From Azolla caroliniana (Eukaryota > Plantae > Polypodiophyta), in NCBI GenBank assembly GCA_043228905.1, contig JBHGNT010000014.1, positions 13,144,001 through 13,208,000 of the forward strand: 64,000 nt of DNA, given 5' to 3'. The position numbers were made by a program, and so were the translations under genes. Numbering within the stretch: position 1 is the first letter of the stretch; each line of letters begins with the position of its first letter. The notes under the pieces are model-generated. The model was not told where the DNA came from. It saw only the letters and a program-made list of their open reading frames with translations, and ran no database searches. Positions 1 to 14,352 of this stretch are shown here, piece by piece.

Positions 1-10
1 GACCTTCTCA

Positions 11-907
11 ATGAAAGACTTGGGTCCGGCAAGACAGATGTTGGGGATGCACATCATTCGGGACCGGTCAGTGAAGCAATTATGGCTGTCACAGGAGAAG
101 TATGTGACAAGGGTGCTTCACCGGTTCAACATGTCAGATGCAAAACCGGTCGGATCGACACTTCCGGCAAACTGCAAGTTGTCCGGCAAGCAAAGCCCGA
201 AGACAAAAGGAGAGAAGGAAGATATGATGAAGATTCCATATGCCTCTGCCGTCGGGAGCTTGATGTACGCAATGGTTTGTACCCGACCGGACATTGGATA
301 CGCAGTCGGAGTGGTGAGCCGGTTCATGAGTAATCCCGGCAAGGAGCATTGGAACGCGGTCAAATGGATACTCCGGTATTTGAAGGGCACTTCAAATATG
401 TGTCTCCGATTCGGCTCCGGAAAACCTCAACTGGACGGTTTCACCGATTCGGACATGTTGGCTGATGTGGATACCAGCCGGTCTACATCCGGGTATGTGA
501 TGACATATGCAGGGGGAGCTGTTTCGTGGCAGTCGAGGCTGCAGAAGACGGTTGCATTGTCAACCACAGAGGCGGAGTACATGGCGGCTGTAGAAGCAGG
601 CAAGGAAATATTATGGATGAAGGACTTCATTGGAGAGCTCGGTATCCGACAACAGGAATACCGACTCTATTGCGACAGTCAAAGTGCCATCCACCTTGCT
701 AAGAATGCGGTCTACCATTCCCGGACGAAGCATATCCAGCGGAGGTATCACTGGATCCGGGAAAGGGTAGATGACCAGGAGTTCGCACTTGCGAAGATCC
801 ACACGGCCGAGAACGAGTCAGATATGCTGACCAAAGTGCTGACACCCGACAAGCTGGACGCATGCCGGAAGAGGATCGGGCTGGAAAGACACCCCATGCC
901 GGAGTGA
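11..907 (+). CDS. Ty1/Copia pol C-terminus (RT end + RNase H), 5'-truncated by the window edge
   Basis: Copia motifs PYASAVGSLMYAMVCTRPDI, SWQSRLQKTVALSTTEAEY, CDSQSAIHLA, RTKHI, DMLTK; stop codon overlaps the polypurine tract GAAGGGGGAG. Confidence 0.95.
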   Translation: MKDLGPARQMLGMHIIRDRSVKQLWLSQEKYVTRVLHRFNMSDAKPVGSTLPANCKLSGKQSPKTKGEKEDMMKIPYASAVGSLMYAMVCTRPDIGYAVGVVSRFMSNPGKEHWNAVKWILRYLKGTSNMCLRFGSGKPQLDGFTDSDMLADVDTSRSTSGYVMTYAGGAVSWQSRLQKTVALSTTEAEYMAAVEAGKEILWMKDFIGELGIRQQEYRLYCDSQSAIHLAKNAVYHSRTKHIQRRYHWIRERVDDQEFALAKIHTAENESDMLTKVLTPDKLDACRKRIGLERHPMPE

Positions 908-917
908 AGGGGGAGTT

Positions 918-1294
918 TGTTGGTAGACAGGTCCCTCCGGATGGGAAGGGAGAAGAACAGTGTCGACGAACAAACTCAGCCGAGGCCAACAGGCCAAGGC
1001 CGAAACGGAGAGCCGGATGGTGTAGGCCCGGTATGAACCGGATGAGGAGTACCCGACTTCGGAGAGTCGGATGGTGTAGGCCCGGTATGAACCGGATGAG
1101 GAGTACCCGACTGAGGAGAGCCGGATGAGGAGTACCCGACTGCGGAGAGCCGGATGGAGCCCATCGAGGCTACATTTGTAAATAGCCGAAAAGTCATATT
1201 AGTATAAATATGACTTAGGGCAAACTTTTAGTTGTAGTCGTTTTTGTTGTTATTCTTCCTTGTTGGTGCAAGAAGAAATCAGAGCGCGTAACTG

Positions 1295-1333
<39 letters not shown>

Positions 1334-1610
1334 GAGGTCGTTGCCTCTGTTGTAACCGCCGCCTGTGGCGAAGATCTGAGAGCACGAGGTCGTTGCCTCA
1401 ATGATCTCACTGTTGTATATTTCTACATTGTGACAGTTTGCAGCTTGTGGGCTGCCGTGGTTTTTTCCCCTATCTTGGGGTTTTCCACGTATACCTCCTG
1501 TGTACCATTTCTTCTCATTTGTGTCGCGTTTCATTACCTGTTTTTCTGTGTATGAAAAGAATCTCGGTTGTGGCCGAGCGTCGGACATAAGGAACGTCGA
1601 GTTCCCAACA
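918..1610 (+). mobile_element. 3' LTR of a Copia element
   Basis: Starts TGTTGG just after the PPT and ends CCAACA; contains ~50-bp tandem repeats (1007-1156) and (AG)n. Similar to the LTRs at 12613-13129 (reverse), 24218-24739 and 34891-35525. Confidence 0.9.
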
Positions 1611-2099
1611 TGACTCTTGCCCTTTGAGTAATCATAGATTCTCAAAAGCTGTGTTCACATGTTGTGCTATATTGAGCTTGATTCTCAACAATGTGCAATA
1701 TGCAAAGGGGAGAAAAAACACCAAGATCATCAAGTTTTGCAAAAGGCTAGGGGTCAAAGGAAAATGAGATTTAAAAAATATCAAAATATAGCTCAAATGA
1801 TAAGAGCTATGCATTGGAACAACAAAGGTGAAGGGTTTGATATCCATAAAGTGCCATGGAGGGGAAAATGATTTGCAGTGCTTGAGTGAGGAAGGGAAAA
1901 TGTGTTGTAAATATGAACATGATAATGCACTATTTTTATTAAATTGGCAAAGGAGCCCAAAAATGCCATAAAATATGTAAGACAACTCATTATTTAGTTT
2001 GTATCTTTACGGATTTGACGAATGGGTAACATCGACAAAGCCCCATCAAAGTGTCATACATGCCTTCCTAGAGTTTGCGAGTCTTTTTGCTGAACTCTT

Positions 2100-2530
2100 G
2101 AGGCAAGATCAAGGATTGATGGGGTGGATTGGTAAAGACAATCAATCGAAAGGAGGGGATGACAATTAGATTTGAACTCGAACATGCCGACAAAGCAGAT
2201 GGCCTCACCGAGGATTGGGCCAAAGTGGAAAGAGTATGTCAGCGATGTGATAAGAGGGAGATAGGAATCTCATCGGCAACAACACAATTGATAAGGGACG
2301 GTCGAAGGGGGATGAGATGCGCCAACACGCTACCACCTAAGGAAGAGAACTCGATGAAGTATGACAATACTCAACATGGAGGTCTTGATAAAGGAGGCAT
2401 ACAAAGAGCATAAAGGTGCAAGTCAAAGCCAAAGTAAAGCATACAACAGTTGAAACCTAGGCAAAGTGTGGACGAGGAGGAAGTCACCTCCCGTCAAATG
2501 TGGAATGATGTGGTCAATACGACAGAAGTT
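2100..2530 (+). pseudogene. gag-like remnant of the family at 61101-62364
   Basis: ORF 2129 (INRKEGMTIRFELE..GLTEDWAKVERVCQR..ISSATT) aligns by eye with ORF 61627 (IDQKERMDIRIQLE..GLTKDWVEVERVCRR..ISSATT). Boundaries approximate. Confidence 0.65.
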
Positions 2531-4670
2531 GATAGGTACCGATTTCATTGAGATAGATTCCTTTTGATTCTTGGAATTATTTTAGGATGTTCAACGCTTA
2601 ATATCTCCATATAAGGTGGTAGTGTATATTATGCGATTAAACCTCATGTGGCTTAGAGCAAACATTATGGTAAACAACTAGAGCTACGAATTAGGGTAGA
2701 ATTAAAATATTGTTGAAGGATGAATATATCAAACTCCTTTTGTATTTAGTCAACTTGTGCAATTTCCAAAGAATGAAATGTGCAAGGTCTTACTATACTC
2801 AAGGAGGATAAACATAAATCAGAATGGTTGAACATAGGTAAATTCACAACATGCCTGATAGTCTAGAAAGAAGGTTCAATAGATTCAAAAGAAGTTTTAT
2901 AAGGTCTTCCTACAAAAAGGGTATCTATGGAGACATTTAAGAAAAGATTGTTCTAAAAATGAAGTGCAAGAAAGAAGAATAGAATATCTTATTCAACACA
3001 TTTTGCAAAATAAACCATGGGCACTTGGGTGACATTACCAAAGCCTAAGAAAAATATTAGTGCTTGGTAATGTACAAAGATGTGACATGATTTGTGGAGG
3101 CCTACTAGACCTACCAATTACACCCAAACGTGAAGCACAATGGTGACTTCCACCCCAAGTATCTTACAAACCAAGTGGGGTAAAAGCTCTAAGAAAGAAT
3201 ACTACAACATAAGTCTACAAATTCTTCCTAAAAGATGTCATATGCTCATTTGGTTCCCTAGGGAAGATTATGGCAAGGGGCAGTTGAAAAGTAATCGAGC
3301 AAAATAACTCTTTGGTCGATTAGGTTTTAAGATTTCTCTGATGAAAACATAGAATCTTGAAGCCAATGGGAAGTAGAGTAGGGACAAAGCCCAATAATTA
3401 AAGTTCTTGCCAAAGCTTGTGATTGGAAATTGTGTGAGTGGCCATAATTGTTTCCTTATGTTTTATGGGCTCACATGATCAACCATAGCATAGGAACCAT
3501 GTCATTCATTACAATGAACATGATGTACATGAAAAACTGAATCATGTGTACTAAGCATAGAATATTACTCCGTGGATGACCATGCCATGGGAAGAAGAGA
3601 TAAATAGGTGGGACCTTCTTGAAATAACGATCAAAGAACTCGAAAAGGGGCATGAGGAAAAAGAGCTAACACAAGGATCAAAATCAATGAACATTTCGAT
3701 GGTAAACATTGATTTCGGTGAACGGAATTATAAGAAGGAAGTTTGATGTTGGATTTTGATACTACTTTGAAGAACTAGCACAACTCGATGCAAATGCACA
3801 CAAAGCCATATGTGGTAGTTCAAAACAATGACAATGCCACATACCACCTTGACGAACTTTATAGAGTAATGTTGACAATGCCCTTAGCAGGCCTGATGAC
3901 ATTGAATAAGATGGAAGTGATACCGAAGAAGAAAGGTTGAGATGAGGGAAAACGATAAAGTAGTGGTACACACTAAAAGTTGCACCACTATTTTGGTCTA
4001 ACAAGGAGCTCCAAAATAATATAACATGCACTAGAGTGCTTATAGTTCTTTTTCTTTGCACGAAAACCATTGCAAAATTAGACTCCATTAAGGGTACTGC
4101 TTTCTTGGAAATTTCTAGGAAGAGGACCCACAAAGTGCATGCCTCCTACTATTCCCAGCCAGAAAGGGAGAAGAAGAGAAGAGAGCGATCAACGCTCGAA
4201 AGCCAAGGCAACGTAGCAATAGTTGTTGTTGGTGCAACTACATCGGTCAACATCAATGACAAACACCCAATGTCGAGCCTACAGTTTGGAGTAATACCAT
4301 AGGTTTAGCCCCCCAAGCATAGGTTTTTCAACTACACACACCCCACTTCTTTGTCTTCAATTACTCTCTTCCCCTCTTAGACATATACCCACACAAAGAA
4401 TGGGATGTGAATTTGATGTTCGTAAATACCTTTGCTTTCCTAACAACATTTCACATGTTCCCCCCTAAGAACACAAAAATTAACATTTAAATGCACATTT
4501 ACAAACACATTTATGTACTTGAATACATGTAGGTACATAAATATACTAAGACGTATATGCACATAAACGTGAGAAAGACGTACACAATCATCTATACATG
4601 AAAACATTTCCATGTTCACACATACACACGTAGGTCATTACATGGTGATATACATTTCACATATTTTGAC

Positions 4671-4810
4671 CGTGGGAGCATATTCGCCGAGCTAATGTAC
4701 ATTTCAATGTCTTCGATAATGCGGTTGACATGCACTCTTTCGTGGGAGCATATTTGCCGAGCTAATGTACATTTCAATGTGTTCGACAATGCGATTGACA
4801 TGCACTCTTT
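4671..4810. repeat. 70-bp tandem duplication (2 copies)
   Basis: CGTGGGAGCATATT.GCCGAGCTAATGTACATTTCAATG...CATGCACTCTTT starts at 4671 and again at 4741. Confidence 0.9.
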
Positions 4811-5129
4811 TCATACAAAGCTCTCGCTTTAATAAAGTATGTATATGTCAAGAACACATTTAATTGGGGAGCACTAAAAATCAGTAACATGAGTAATTAT
4901 GGTATCCCACCGGGTGCTTACAAATTGTACTCCTTATTCGGAAAACATAACAAAAAAAACAAAAATACAATACAAGTCCTGTGTATTCACGCCATAGATT
5001 CTGGTTGTTTTTAAGAGCAAAACGTGGCGGTGTTCCATTTCTTTTTATTTATCAGGAGTAACATCCATTCTCGAAACTTCTTCATTCGTTCCACGTGAAA
5101 TTTTTTTTTGGGCGGCGGGGATGACGTCA

Positions 5130-5310
5130 TCAGAAGAGGGTGGTGATGTCATGCCCCGGGATGCATCCGCTGTCGGACGTCTTCTTCAGGCCGTCGCCGT
5201 ACGGGAACAGCGTGGATGCCACGTCAGCCACCTCCGCCCTGCTGGCATTCAGTGACGTGGCAAGCGCGCGTGCGGGCACCTGGAACAGTGCCAGGCTGGC
5301 GGACTGCATG

Positions 5311-5345
<35 letters not shown>

Positions 5346-6264
5346 AACATACATACCAAAAACCATCACAACCAATTCAGCAGCAGCAGCAGCAGTAGTA
5401 GTAGTAATTCGTTAAGCATACATATATATAAGTTAAAAGCTTTTTTGAAACACAAGTTTCAATAAACACACATGAAGTAGTAGTAGTAGTGGTGGTGGTG
5501 GTGGTGGTGGTGGTAGTAGTTAGTGTGGGGAAAATTGAAATGTACCAGTGTGCCCGGGTTCTGGCTGTTAAGGGCGGAGATGTAGTCGGCCGTCACTTTG
5601 CCGACATTGATCTCGAAATGCAGGAGCCCGCGTGGGAAGAGCGTGACATCGCCCGGATACAGAATGTTGATGTGTGGAGTCCCTATTTGTTTTTGATGAA
5701 AAATTCAATCATTAAATTAGATGATATGAGGAATCCATCTAATTTAAATGCCTAGTAACCCTACTAGAGAAGAATAATTTTAAAGACATTTGTTTCAAAC
5801 TTGTGCGCACCCGAGGTGTCGACGAATCCGACTTGGAGTGATCCCCCGGAGATGAGCGTGAGGATCTCGGTCGCACGCGGGTGAGTGTGTGGCAGATTCA
5901 CACCGCACGGCACCATGTTGAACCGCACGTACGTGATCCCCTCCGACCTAAAACAAAATATAAGGATCCATCGGTCACTATAAAGATAGAGGAGCATGTT
6001 AAAGGGCTTAGGTGTTAGAAGAAGGAATGTCGTATATTACATGGTGAGGGGTAGGTTGGTGATGTTAACCGCGGCCCTAATACCTCCAGTGTCTCGTGTG
6101 ACGGCACCATTAGTTAACAAATCTCGGAGGACGAATTGACTCTCGGGTGCGGTCGTGGGGATGTCCACCAACGGATCCGGATCTGCTCCATTAACCATTG
6201 TCATCATAACCACCATCATTATAGTGGTGAAACCCAAAATGGGGATCAACGCATTCATGGCCAT
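5130..6264 (-). CDS. GLP: Germin-like protein (cupin), 4 exons, 223 aa: 6264-6041, 5947-5811, 5682-5546, 5303-5130
   Basis: Hydrophobic signal peptide then ADPDPLVD; germin box 1 PHTHPRATE and box 2 GDVTLFPRGLLHFEIN (H,H,E,H metal ligands intact); NSQNPG; GT-AG introns join in frame (672 nt). Confidence 0.93.
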
Positions 6265-7899
6265 AATTAAATTTAGAACTACCAAACAAGGCTTGAACGT
6301 ATAGTATGTTAGGCTAGAGAATGATAAATACTAACAAAAACAATTATGCCAGCCACTTCGTCTAACAAGTGTCTCTTACTTCTCAACCTCACTTGGTAAT
6401 GCCTTTTTATACATCTAACCCATACCCATATATTTATTTATATATGTGTGTGTTGCTCAGTAATGATAGTCTCCAAATAGAAAACGTAATTAGTCTTGTC
6501 TTTGAACAATCCTACCTGTCTTCGTCTTGGTCCATGTCTACTAGTGTTTATTCTCCTTTTAAGGAACTAAATTTCTACTAAGAATCCATGTTCATGGTGA
6601 CGTGGTAAACAAGAAAGGGCATCATTTGACATTGTCAGCTACAGTTTTCTTTTTGATAGATAAATAAGTATCTAGAGTAGTTTTATTCGACTATCACAAA
6701 GAAGGCATGTGGAAACTATGTTAAAATTAAGTAGAAAACATTGCGACCTTATAAACGCAATTCCTATGTTAGTTGTTTTAAATAATTTATTCTCAAAAAA
6801 ATAATAATAAAATTCCCCTTTTCCGGTGTTGTCGACAAAAAGCATGACATTTTGCCTGAATTCTCCTCCTCCCCGATTACACCACAACAACTTGCATGCA
6901 CATACTAGCGACTTAGGGTGAAGCTTAGGTTTAGGGTTACACATACACATGCACACACATAAATCAACGAGCAGACACACACGTAAATACTTATATTCAT
7001 GCATAGAACGTAATACACGTGTTCGTGCAAGCATTCAAACGTTTGAAAACGAACACGTTTGAAAGGGGAAAATGCTTGCTCCTGGTTTTATTTTCTCTTT
7101 GCAGTATTCAGAGTTTGCCTCGATTTGGTACCGTTGGCTAACCGCTGACTAAATACAGATTCATGGGTTGTCAATATAAATCAGTTCACCCTATTGGCAA
7201 GTTGTCATGCTTTGACTATCTATATCTTGGGTTCAATTCCTCTCATCACATATTATAGCAAAATTTTATGTTAGTGTCATATTGTTTTTTCCCTTTTTTT
7301 CTTTTAATATTAATAGAAATTAGCTCAACCTAGTGGTAAGTTTCATGCTACTATTGCTTATGTCTTGGGTTCAATTCTCAATTTTCTCATATCTTCTCGC
7401 TAGTGTCATGTCATGGCAAAATTTTATGTTAGTGTGATGTTCCTTTTTTTTCTTTCTTTGTTATTGGAAATTAGCTCACCCTAGTGGTAAGTTGTTAAGC
7501 TACTACTGCCTATGTCATGTTTCCTTCATAGTCTCAAATATACGTTTTATGAGTTTTTGAACGTTTGATTATAATTTATAATGACATATTTTGATTCAAT
7601 CTCTATAGTTCATACTCACTTTTTTGTAAAGTTCCAAAGAGAGGAGGATAGAGATGTCTTGATTCTTAAGAAGCATCCCAAAGGTATGCATGTGATACAA
7701 TGCAAATATTCCAACCATACTTATGTTGGTGGTTCACAATGGATTAGAGTCCACTTATTGGGATTGAGAGTGAATCAATATATAATATAGACAATGGCCA
7801 ATCCAATCCAACTTCGAGATTATTTACCATACACGTTTGATTGAATCATTCTCGAATGCGAATGCACGTATGATACGTATGGTTATTCTATGCATCCAT

Positions 7900-8560
7900 G
7901 TAATTATACACATATATGGACTTACATTCATCTTTATAATCACACATATATACATAGATTCATACAATCATTTATACACATACACATTCATGCACATAGA
8001 CTTATAGAATCCTACACATACATTTATAAATACAACCCTTCATGAAACCACATTCATTAAATCATATATGTAAATCACACATTTATTCAATCATGTACAC
8101 ACACATATATATTCATACAAACTTTTATACATACACATCCATCAAATTGGACACATATGTACATTCATACAAAGAGTTATCCATATTTATTGACACATAC
8201 ATATCCATATATACATTCATGTAAGGAATTATATTACATACACAAACCATCATTAAATCACACTCATACACATCGACATAGACATATATACATGAATTCA
8301 TATATTCATGCCCATTCATACCTTCGTACACACACATTCCTTCAATCATACACAACCCATTTATACATTCTCCAACCATTCAATTATACACACACAAACA
8401 TACATCAAGTGTTCCTTTTTTAACACACATTCATGCACACACATTCATTAAATCATACTCATACACATACACATACAATATACAATTGTTTCACACATTT
8501 ATAGACATTCATACCTACATACACACATTCATCCAATCATAGACATACATATACTCATTC
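7900..8560. repeat. Low-complexity (CATA/CACA/ATTC)n degenerate simple repeat
   Basis: Dense acacattcat/atacata motifs; boundaries approximate. Confidence 0.7.
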
Positions 8561-10264
8561 ATATGCTGACAAGTGTTGTGTGTCCAAAGTTTCTACACCT
8601 TTGGGATTTGCAACCTCCAACGCTTTGGACAACCAACATGCATTACAATCGAAGAGAAAGCTTGATGGTCACCCAGTCGAGGTCTGTAGGCTCCGCATTC
8701 TACACACTCTAGGGATATGCACGTGTTAGCCATCGAGCTCCCCTTTTCTCTCTCTTTTGGGCTCAAAGGTGCTGGCCAAATGATTTACTTAAGTGCATCG
8801 AGCCTTCAAAGGTTGAGGTCATCCAATACACAACTCGAGCGTTCAATCTTTGTGGGTTGGGTTGTTGAGCCCTTGAATCGAGTTATTTCTTTCTAGTTTA
8901 TTGCACTTATCAAGAGTTGAGATAATGTGTTTAACACATGACTCTGGCACTCCAACCTCATGGTTTAAGTTTGCCCCTCCTTGAGTTAGGGTCTTTTCTT
9001 ATTTTGCCTTGCACTTATGGAGGGTTGAGCTCATGCAATCAACACAAGACTCGAGCAAGCAACCCTTGAGGGTTGGGTTCCCATGTGCCCTTGATTTTAA
9101 GTTCTTCTCCATGACTTGCTCTTGTTGAGTGCGAGGATGGAGTCACTTGGTGGATCGAACAATCGATACACACTCTTGAGTGTTCAATATGTCGATCAAA
9201 CACTCCACCTTCATATGCCCTCTTTAGTTAGTTCACATAATTTGCACTTTTAGCACTCATTCTAGTCTTGGAAAGCATGAATGTTACTTGCTTTGCTTGA
9301 TACTTGGTTTTTAGAGATTTGATGTCATCAGATCGACTCTTGTCATTTGCTGAATTTCCTTTGCTTGTAACCTTTTCTTGAGAACTGTGATTGTCGACTA
9401 GAAATTTTCGTTTTGGTTCTAACTAGATTTCCTCGATGAAAAATTAAGTGAGTTAGAAATGCCTCTTTTGAATTTACACAAATTCACACATAGGCTAAAT
9501 TTGCTTGATGATTCAATTCTTGATTTGAAAATCCCATGATGATCCTTGGTTGGCTACAAACCACATAAGAAGTAATAAAATCCTTTCCAAATATAGGTAA
9601 TTTACTATAAGAAAATTAAATTAACTCAAGATGGTCTTTAGAAGTTTGTGACAAGATATATTTGAGGCTAATATCCTCAACCCCATCTCGTTGGGTGTCT
9701 AGTGTAGGGTATTCCAAAATAAAATGATGAGAGATCAAGAAACGAAAATAATGTCGGGAGAAGATCCTCAAGTATCGATATAGAGAGTCTACAATGTCAT
9801 GATGTGAGGAGCAAAAAGAAGGTTGAATGATAGAGAAGGGTGTGTTCATAAGGACATATAAATAGTTGTATTTGAAAACAAACGAAAGTCTTCACTTAGT
9901 TGGTAAAAGCTAATGCACTAGTGAAAAAGTGTTAAGAGTCTATTACTAATCAATAGACCAAACTAAAGTAAAAGAAGGAAATAGAATGGATAGAAGAACC
10001 CGTTCCACCCGACCACCCCCGAGCTATGATCTAGACATAGCCAACCTACCACCGACGTCCCATATCGCCGAATATTACGATAACTAATACCTGGGAAGAG
10101 ATAAACACAATTGTCCAGAAAAAATCCTAGCCCGCACCACTGGTGTCTAAGACAGCAACCTTTGGATGTAATGTCCTTATGACGGTAGCTAAGCCTCATA
10201 TTTATACCTTTCCTCAGGCCCTTTCAATAGATGTGCCTTTCTAAAATGCTCTCCATTCATTGGT

Positions 10265-10401
10265 TGTCCAAATCATGATAGGGCATGCACCTATCATTCC
10301 TTCTATCCAATCATTAGTCCCCTTTTTAACATTAGTGAACATACCCTTCACTAATGTAAATATTGGTGACCTACCCTCACCAACGTTATGTATACATAAC
10401 A
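10265..10401. repeat. 137-bp TG...CA LTR-like repeat, copy 1 (copy 2 at 21506-21642)
   Basis: TGTCCAAATCATGATAG...ACATAACA versus TGTCTAAATCATGATAG...ACACAACA; same length and highly similar. Confidence 0.8.
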
Positions 10402-13400
10402 TACTCCCCTACTTCAAAAGATTGCACTCTTGCAATATAAAGTGAGGAAATTGTGCCTTATTTTATCGTTTTTGTCATAACATTTGCTTGTTACTCGCAA
10501 GACTAGAATATTACTTGCAAGTGCACTTGTTTTTTCACGTAATACACTTTCTCGACCATATCAATACATGTTGGGTTGGCATTCTAATATAAGGCTAACT
10601 AGGAAACTACGTTGATGTTAGAACCATGGTTGAGCCTCGGGGAGCCGCCATGATTATTCAAGCTAGAGATCCAAAAAAGACATCTTAGCTATGTTTTCCC
10701 CCATGGTTTTTAAAACACCATATTGTTACCATAGTTATCGGATCTCGAATCACATCTCATATGTCTAGAGGGGTAAAGACGTGAGATGCTTTCTTGGTAA
10801 AGTTCTTACAATCAAAATTTCAAGCATTCATTTTGCTTGTGTATTTTCTGAACCTCCTTATTTATATTGCATACCCACAGCTTGCATCATGGAACAAGTT
10901 TTGAACGTTGTTGGAGCAATCTCTCCGACCGAGACCTCTCAATCTCGCACACAAGCTGAGATCACAATTGAGCAATTGCTCACTACTACCTTGAATCAAT
11001 TGGCCGAAATGAGGCAGGCCAATATGGCATTGGAAAAGAAATTCCAAGAAGAAGGTGAGCCTTCTTTCGTAGTAACGCCATTCAAGGGAGATAAGAAAGA
11101 AAGAACCGAGGAGGCCATCAGCAGTTGGCTTGGTCGTTGGGAGTCTCACTTTGAGCTCCACCCCAAGCCTGATGCTGTAAAAATTGGTTACGTCGGTCGT
11201 GAGTTAGGTGGCCGAGCTGCTGCTTGGTGGCGTGGCCTAAGGACTGCAAAGAACTTACCCACAACTTGGGAAGGTTTCGTTGATGTTTTTAAGAAACAGT
11301 TTTTATAGCCACCTTCTCAAATTGAACAAGCGCAACACTTGCTCATGTTGTCGAGTAAGCCATTTACCTCTCTCGAGGATTATGTGCATCATGCTTAGAC
11401 CCAGATCCAAAAATCGGGACTTACGGGTGAGAAATGGTTTGTTGCTTTTTGAATGGTATTCCGAATGGGGATTACCATTGGATTGTCCATGATTAGGACC
11501 CCACAACTTTTGAGGAAGCTGTCAACATTGTACTTCGGTACCATAGGACTTCCAAGAAAGACCACAATAAACCTTAGTTCGCCAAAACTCCGAATGTCAA
11601 GTTCATTGGGAAATGTAAGCAATCTAATGACACTCTTGACCACGACTCCAAGAAACCTAACCTCTTCTGTGCATATTGCAAGAAGTGGAGCCACACAAAG
11701 GACACCTGTCGTCATCTTGAGAGGAAGTCAATGAACACCCCTCCTCAAGATAAATCTACGAGTCACACAGGTGAGTCTTTTGATGTTATTGAAGTTCATG
11801 TGAATGCACTTTTCCTTCACATTTACTTGGACCTAATGATTTACTCCGAGCAGTCGGCTATATCAATGGAACACAAGCACATTTCTTGTTTGATTCCAGT
11901 AGTTCTCACAATTTTCTTAATGATCACTTTGTGCAGCAAATGGAACTCCACATAAATGCAAGTGATCATATCTATCAAGTTCACATGGCAAATGGAAGTG
12001 TTCAATACATCAGTGGCATTGTTTGTCAACTCCCAATTCAAATAGATACCTATTTGGAGAAGCTTGACTTTCATGTTATGAAACTACAATCCGTAGATGT
12101 CATTTTAGGATACCCTTGGTTTTTTAATAAAAACCCTTCTTTGTCCATTGATTGGATTAATCACTCAATCACATTTGAACTTAATAATTGTAAACATTTT
12201 ATTCAATGTTCCAAACTTCCTTCTCATTCACTTGTGTTTTCTAAATCTTTAAGTGAGTATTCAAGTTCATTAATTTATTCGTGTGAAACTGATCCTGCGC
12301 TTCAATTTTATTATTTTAATATTGACGCCACACAATTACCACATTATGAACAACGATTACTCGACTCTATTTTAGACGATTTTCAAGACGTGTTTCCTAA
12401 CGAATTGCCACTTACTTTATCACCAAAATGTAATGTGGACCATCAAATTGAACTCATTCCTAGTGCTCCTCCTGTGAGCATTCCACCTTACCGACTTAGT
12501 CGATTAGAAGAGGATGAGATCGCTAAAAAACTTAAGGAATACATAGGTATGGGCCACATTAGGTATAGTAAATCACCTTGGGGTGCGCCAGTTCTATTAG
12601 TTAATAAGAAAGTGTGAGGAATAGCGCAGAATACTACTCGGCTACAACCGAGTCTTGAATCACTTTAATAAGAGTGCAACACAGGAATGGGAATGAACGT
12701 ACACACAAAAGAGAGTACACAGGATGTTTAGGTGGAAAACCCTAAATGGGAAAAACCACGACAGCCCACAGACTCCGAACTATCACTATGATGACAAGGG
12801 TTCCAATCAGAGACTCGTAGGCAGCGACCTCGAGCTAGGTTTCTTCGCCAGGCGGCAGTTACAACAGAGTATCTCTCTCCCTCTCTCTTTGTCGCTCTCT
12901 CTATACGTCTCTGTACAACAGTTACAACAATATGACAACAATACAACATAAAATTATACAGTGATTGCCCTAAGTCATATTTATACTTATATGAACTTAG
13001 GGCTATTTACAAATATAGCCCCAATGGGGTTACTTAGAAACATATTTATAGATATGTCTCTCTTCCGGTTCTCACCGGGTCCTCTTCATTCATCACCGGA
13101 TCCCATCCGGAGGGACCGATTTCCCAACAATCTCCCCCTTCATTCCAGCATGGGATCTCCTGTCAGCCCGATCCACTTCCGGCACGCGCCCAACTTGTCA
13201 GTTATCAGGACCTTGGTCAGCATGTCCGACCCGTTCTCCTCCATGTGGATCTTCGTCACCATGAACTCTTGATCTTCTACTCTCTCTCGGATCCAGTGGT
13301 ACCTCCGCTGGATATTTTTCTTCCAGGAATGGAAAGCCGCGTTCTTTGCAAGGTGGCTGGCAGTTTGATTGTTGCAGTAGAGCCGATATTCCTCCTGTTG

Positions 13401-13894
13401 GATCCCTAGCTCTCCGATGAAGGTGGCTTCTACAGCTACCATGTACTCTGCTTCCGTGGTTGACAATGCAACCGTCTTCTCTAGCCTCGACTGCCACGAA
13501 ATAGCTCCCCCTGCACAAGTCATGACATATCTGGATGTAGACCGGTTGGTATCTGCATCACCCGACATATCCAAATCCGTGAAGTTGTCGAGTTGGGGTT
13601 TACCAGAGCCGAACTGGACGCACATACTCAAGGTGTCTTTCAAGTACCGGAGTATCCACTTGAACATGTTCCAATGCTCTTTGCCAGGATTGCTCATGAA
13701 CCAGCTCACCACTCCGACTGCATATCCGATATCCTGTCGGGTACATACAATCGCGTACATTAAGCTCCCGACAGCAGAGGCATATGGTATTTTCATCATA
13801 TTCACCTTCTCCGCCTTTGTCCTTAGGCTTTGTTTTATGGACATCTTGCAGTTTGCCGGAAGTGTCGATCTAACCGGTTTCGCCTTCGACATGT

Positions 13895-14352
13895 TGTTGT
13901 CCAGAGGACAGAAATGTAAAATTAGGGAATTAGCAAATGCCGAGTCCGAGTATCATGGGCCACCGATGGCTCGGCTGTGTATTAGGGGAAAAGTTATTTA
14001 AATGAGGACCAGTACCTCAGAGAGGGAGAGAGAAGAAAAATATAGGCGGAAGCACTAGCTTAGTCCCTCGTAACTAGATAAACTTGTAAGGTCACCGGCC
14101 ATAGGCCGTGTTCTGTAATCTTTTCTGTCATAGTAATATATCGGATTTGTGCCCATTTTGCTCCATGAGTCTGTGCTTTGATCCATACCTATGAGTTCAA
14201 TGCCGCCCACGCCTATCAAGACCTCGCTAGTGTTTTCTCTCTGAGCCCTGTCTCTCTCTCGACGCCTCTGTTACGAGCCTTCACGTACCACGCCCTTGAA
14301 TACCGATAGCCGCAGATCTATCGAAGGTGTTCACCCAAAGGAACAGGTAACA
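13895..14352. mobile_element. Solo LTR inserted in the Copia RT
   Basis: TGTTG...TAACA with a perfect 5-bp TSD CATGT (13890-13894, 14353-14357). Confidence 0.88.
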
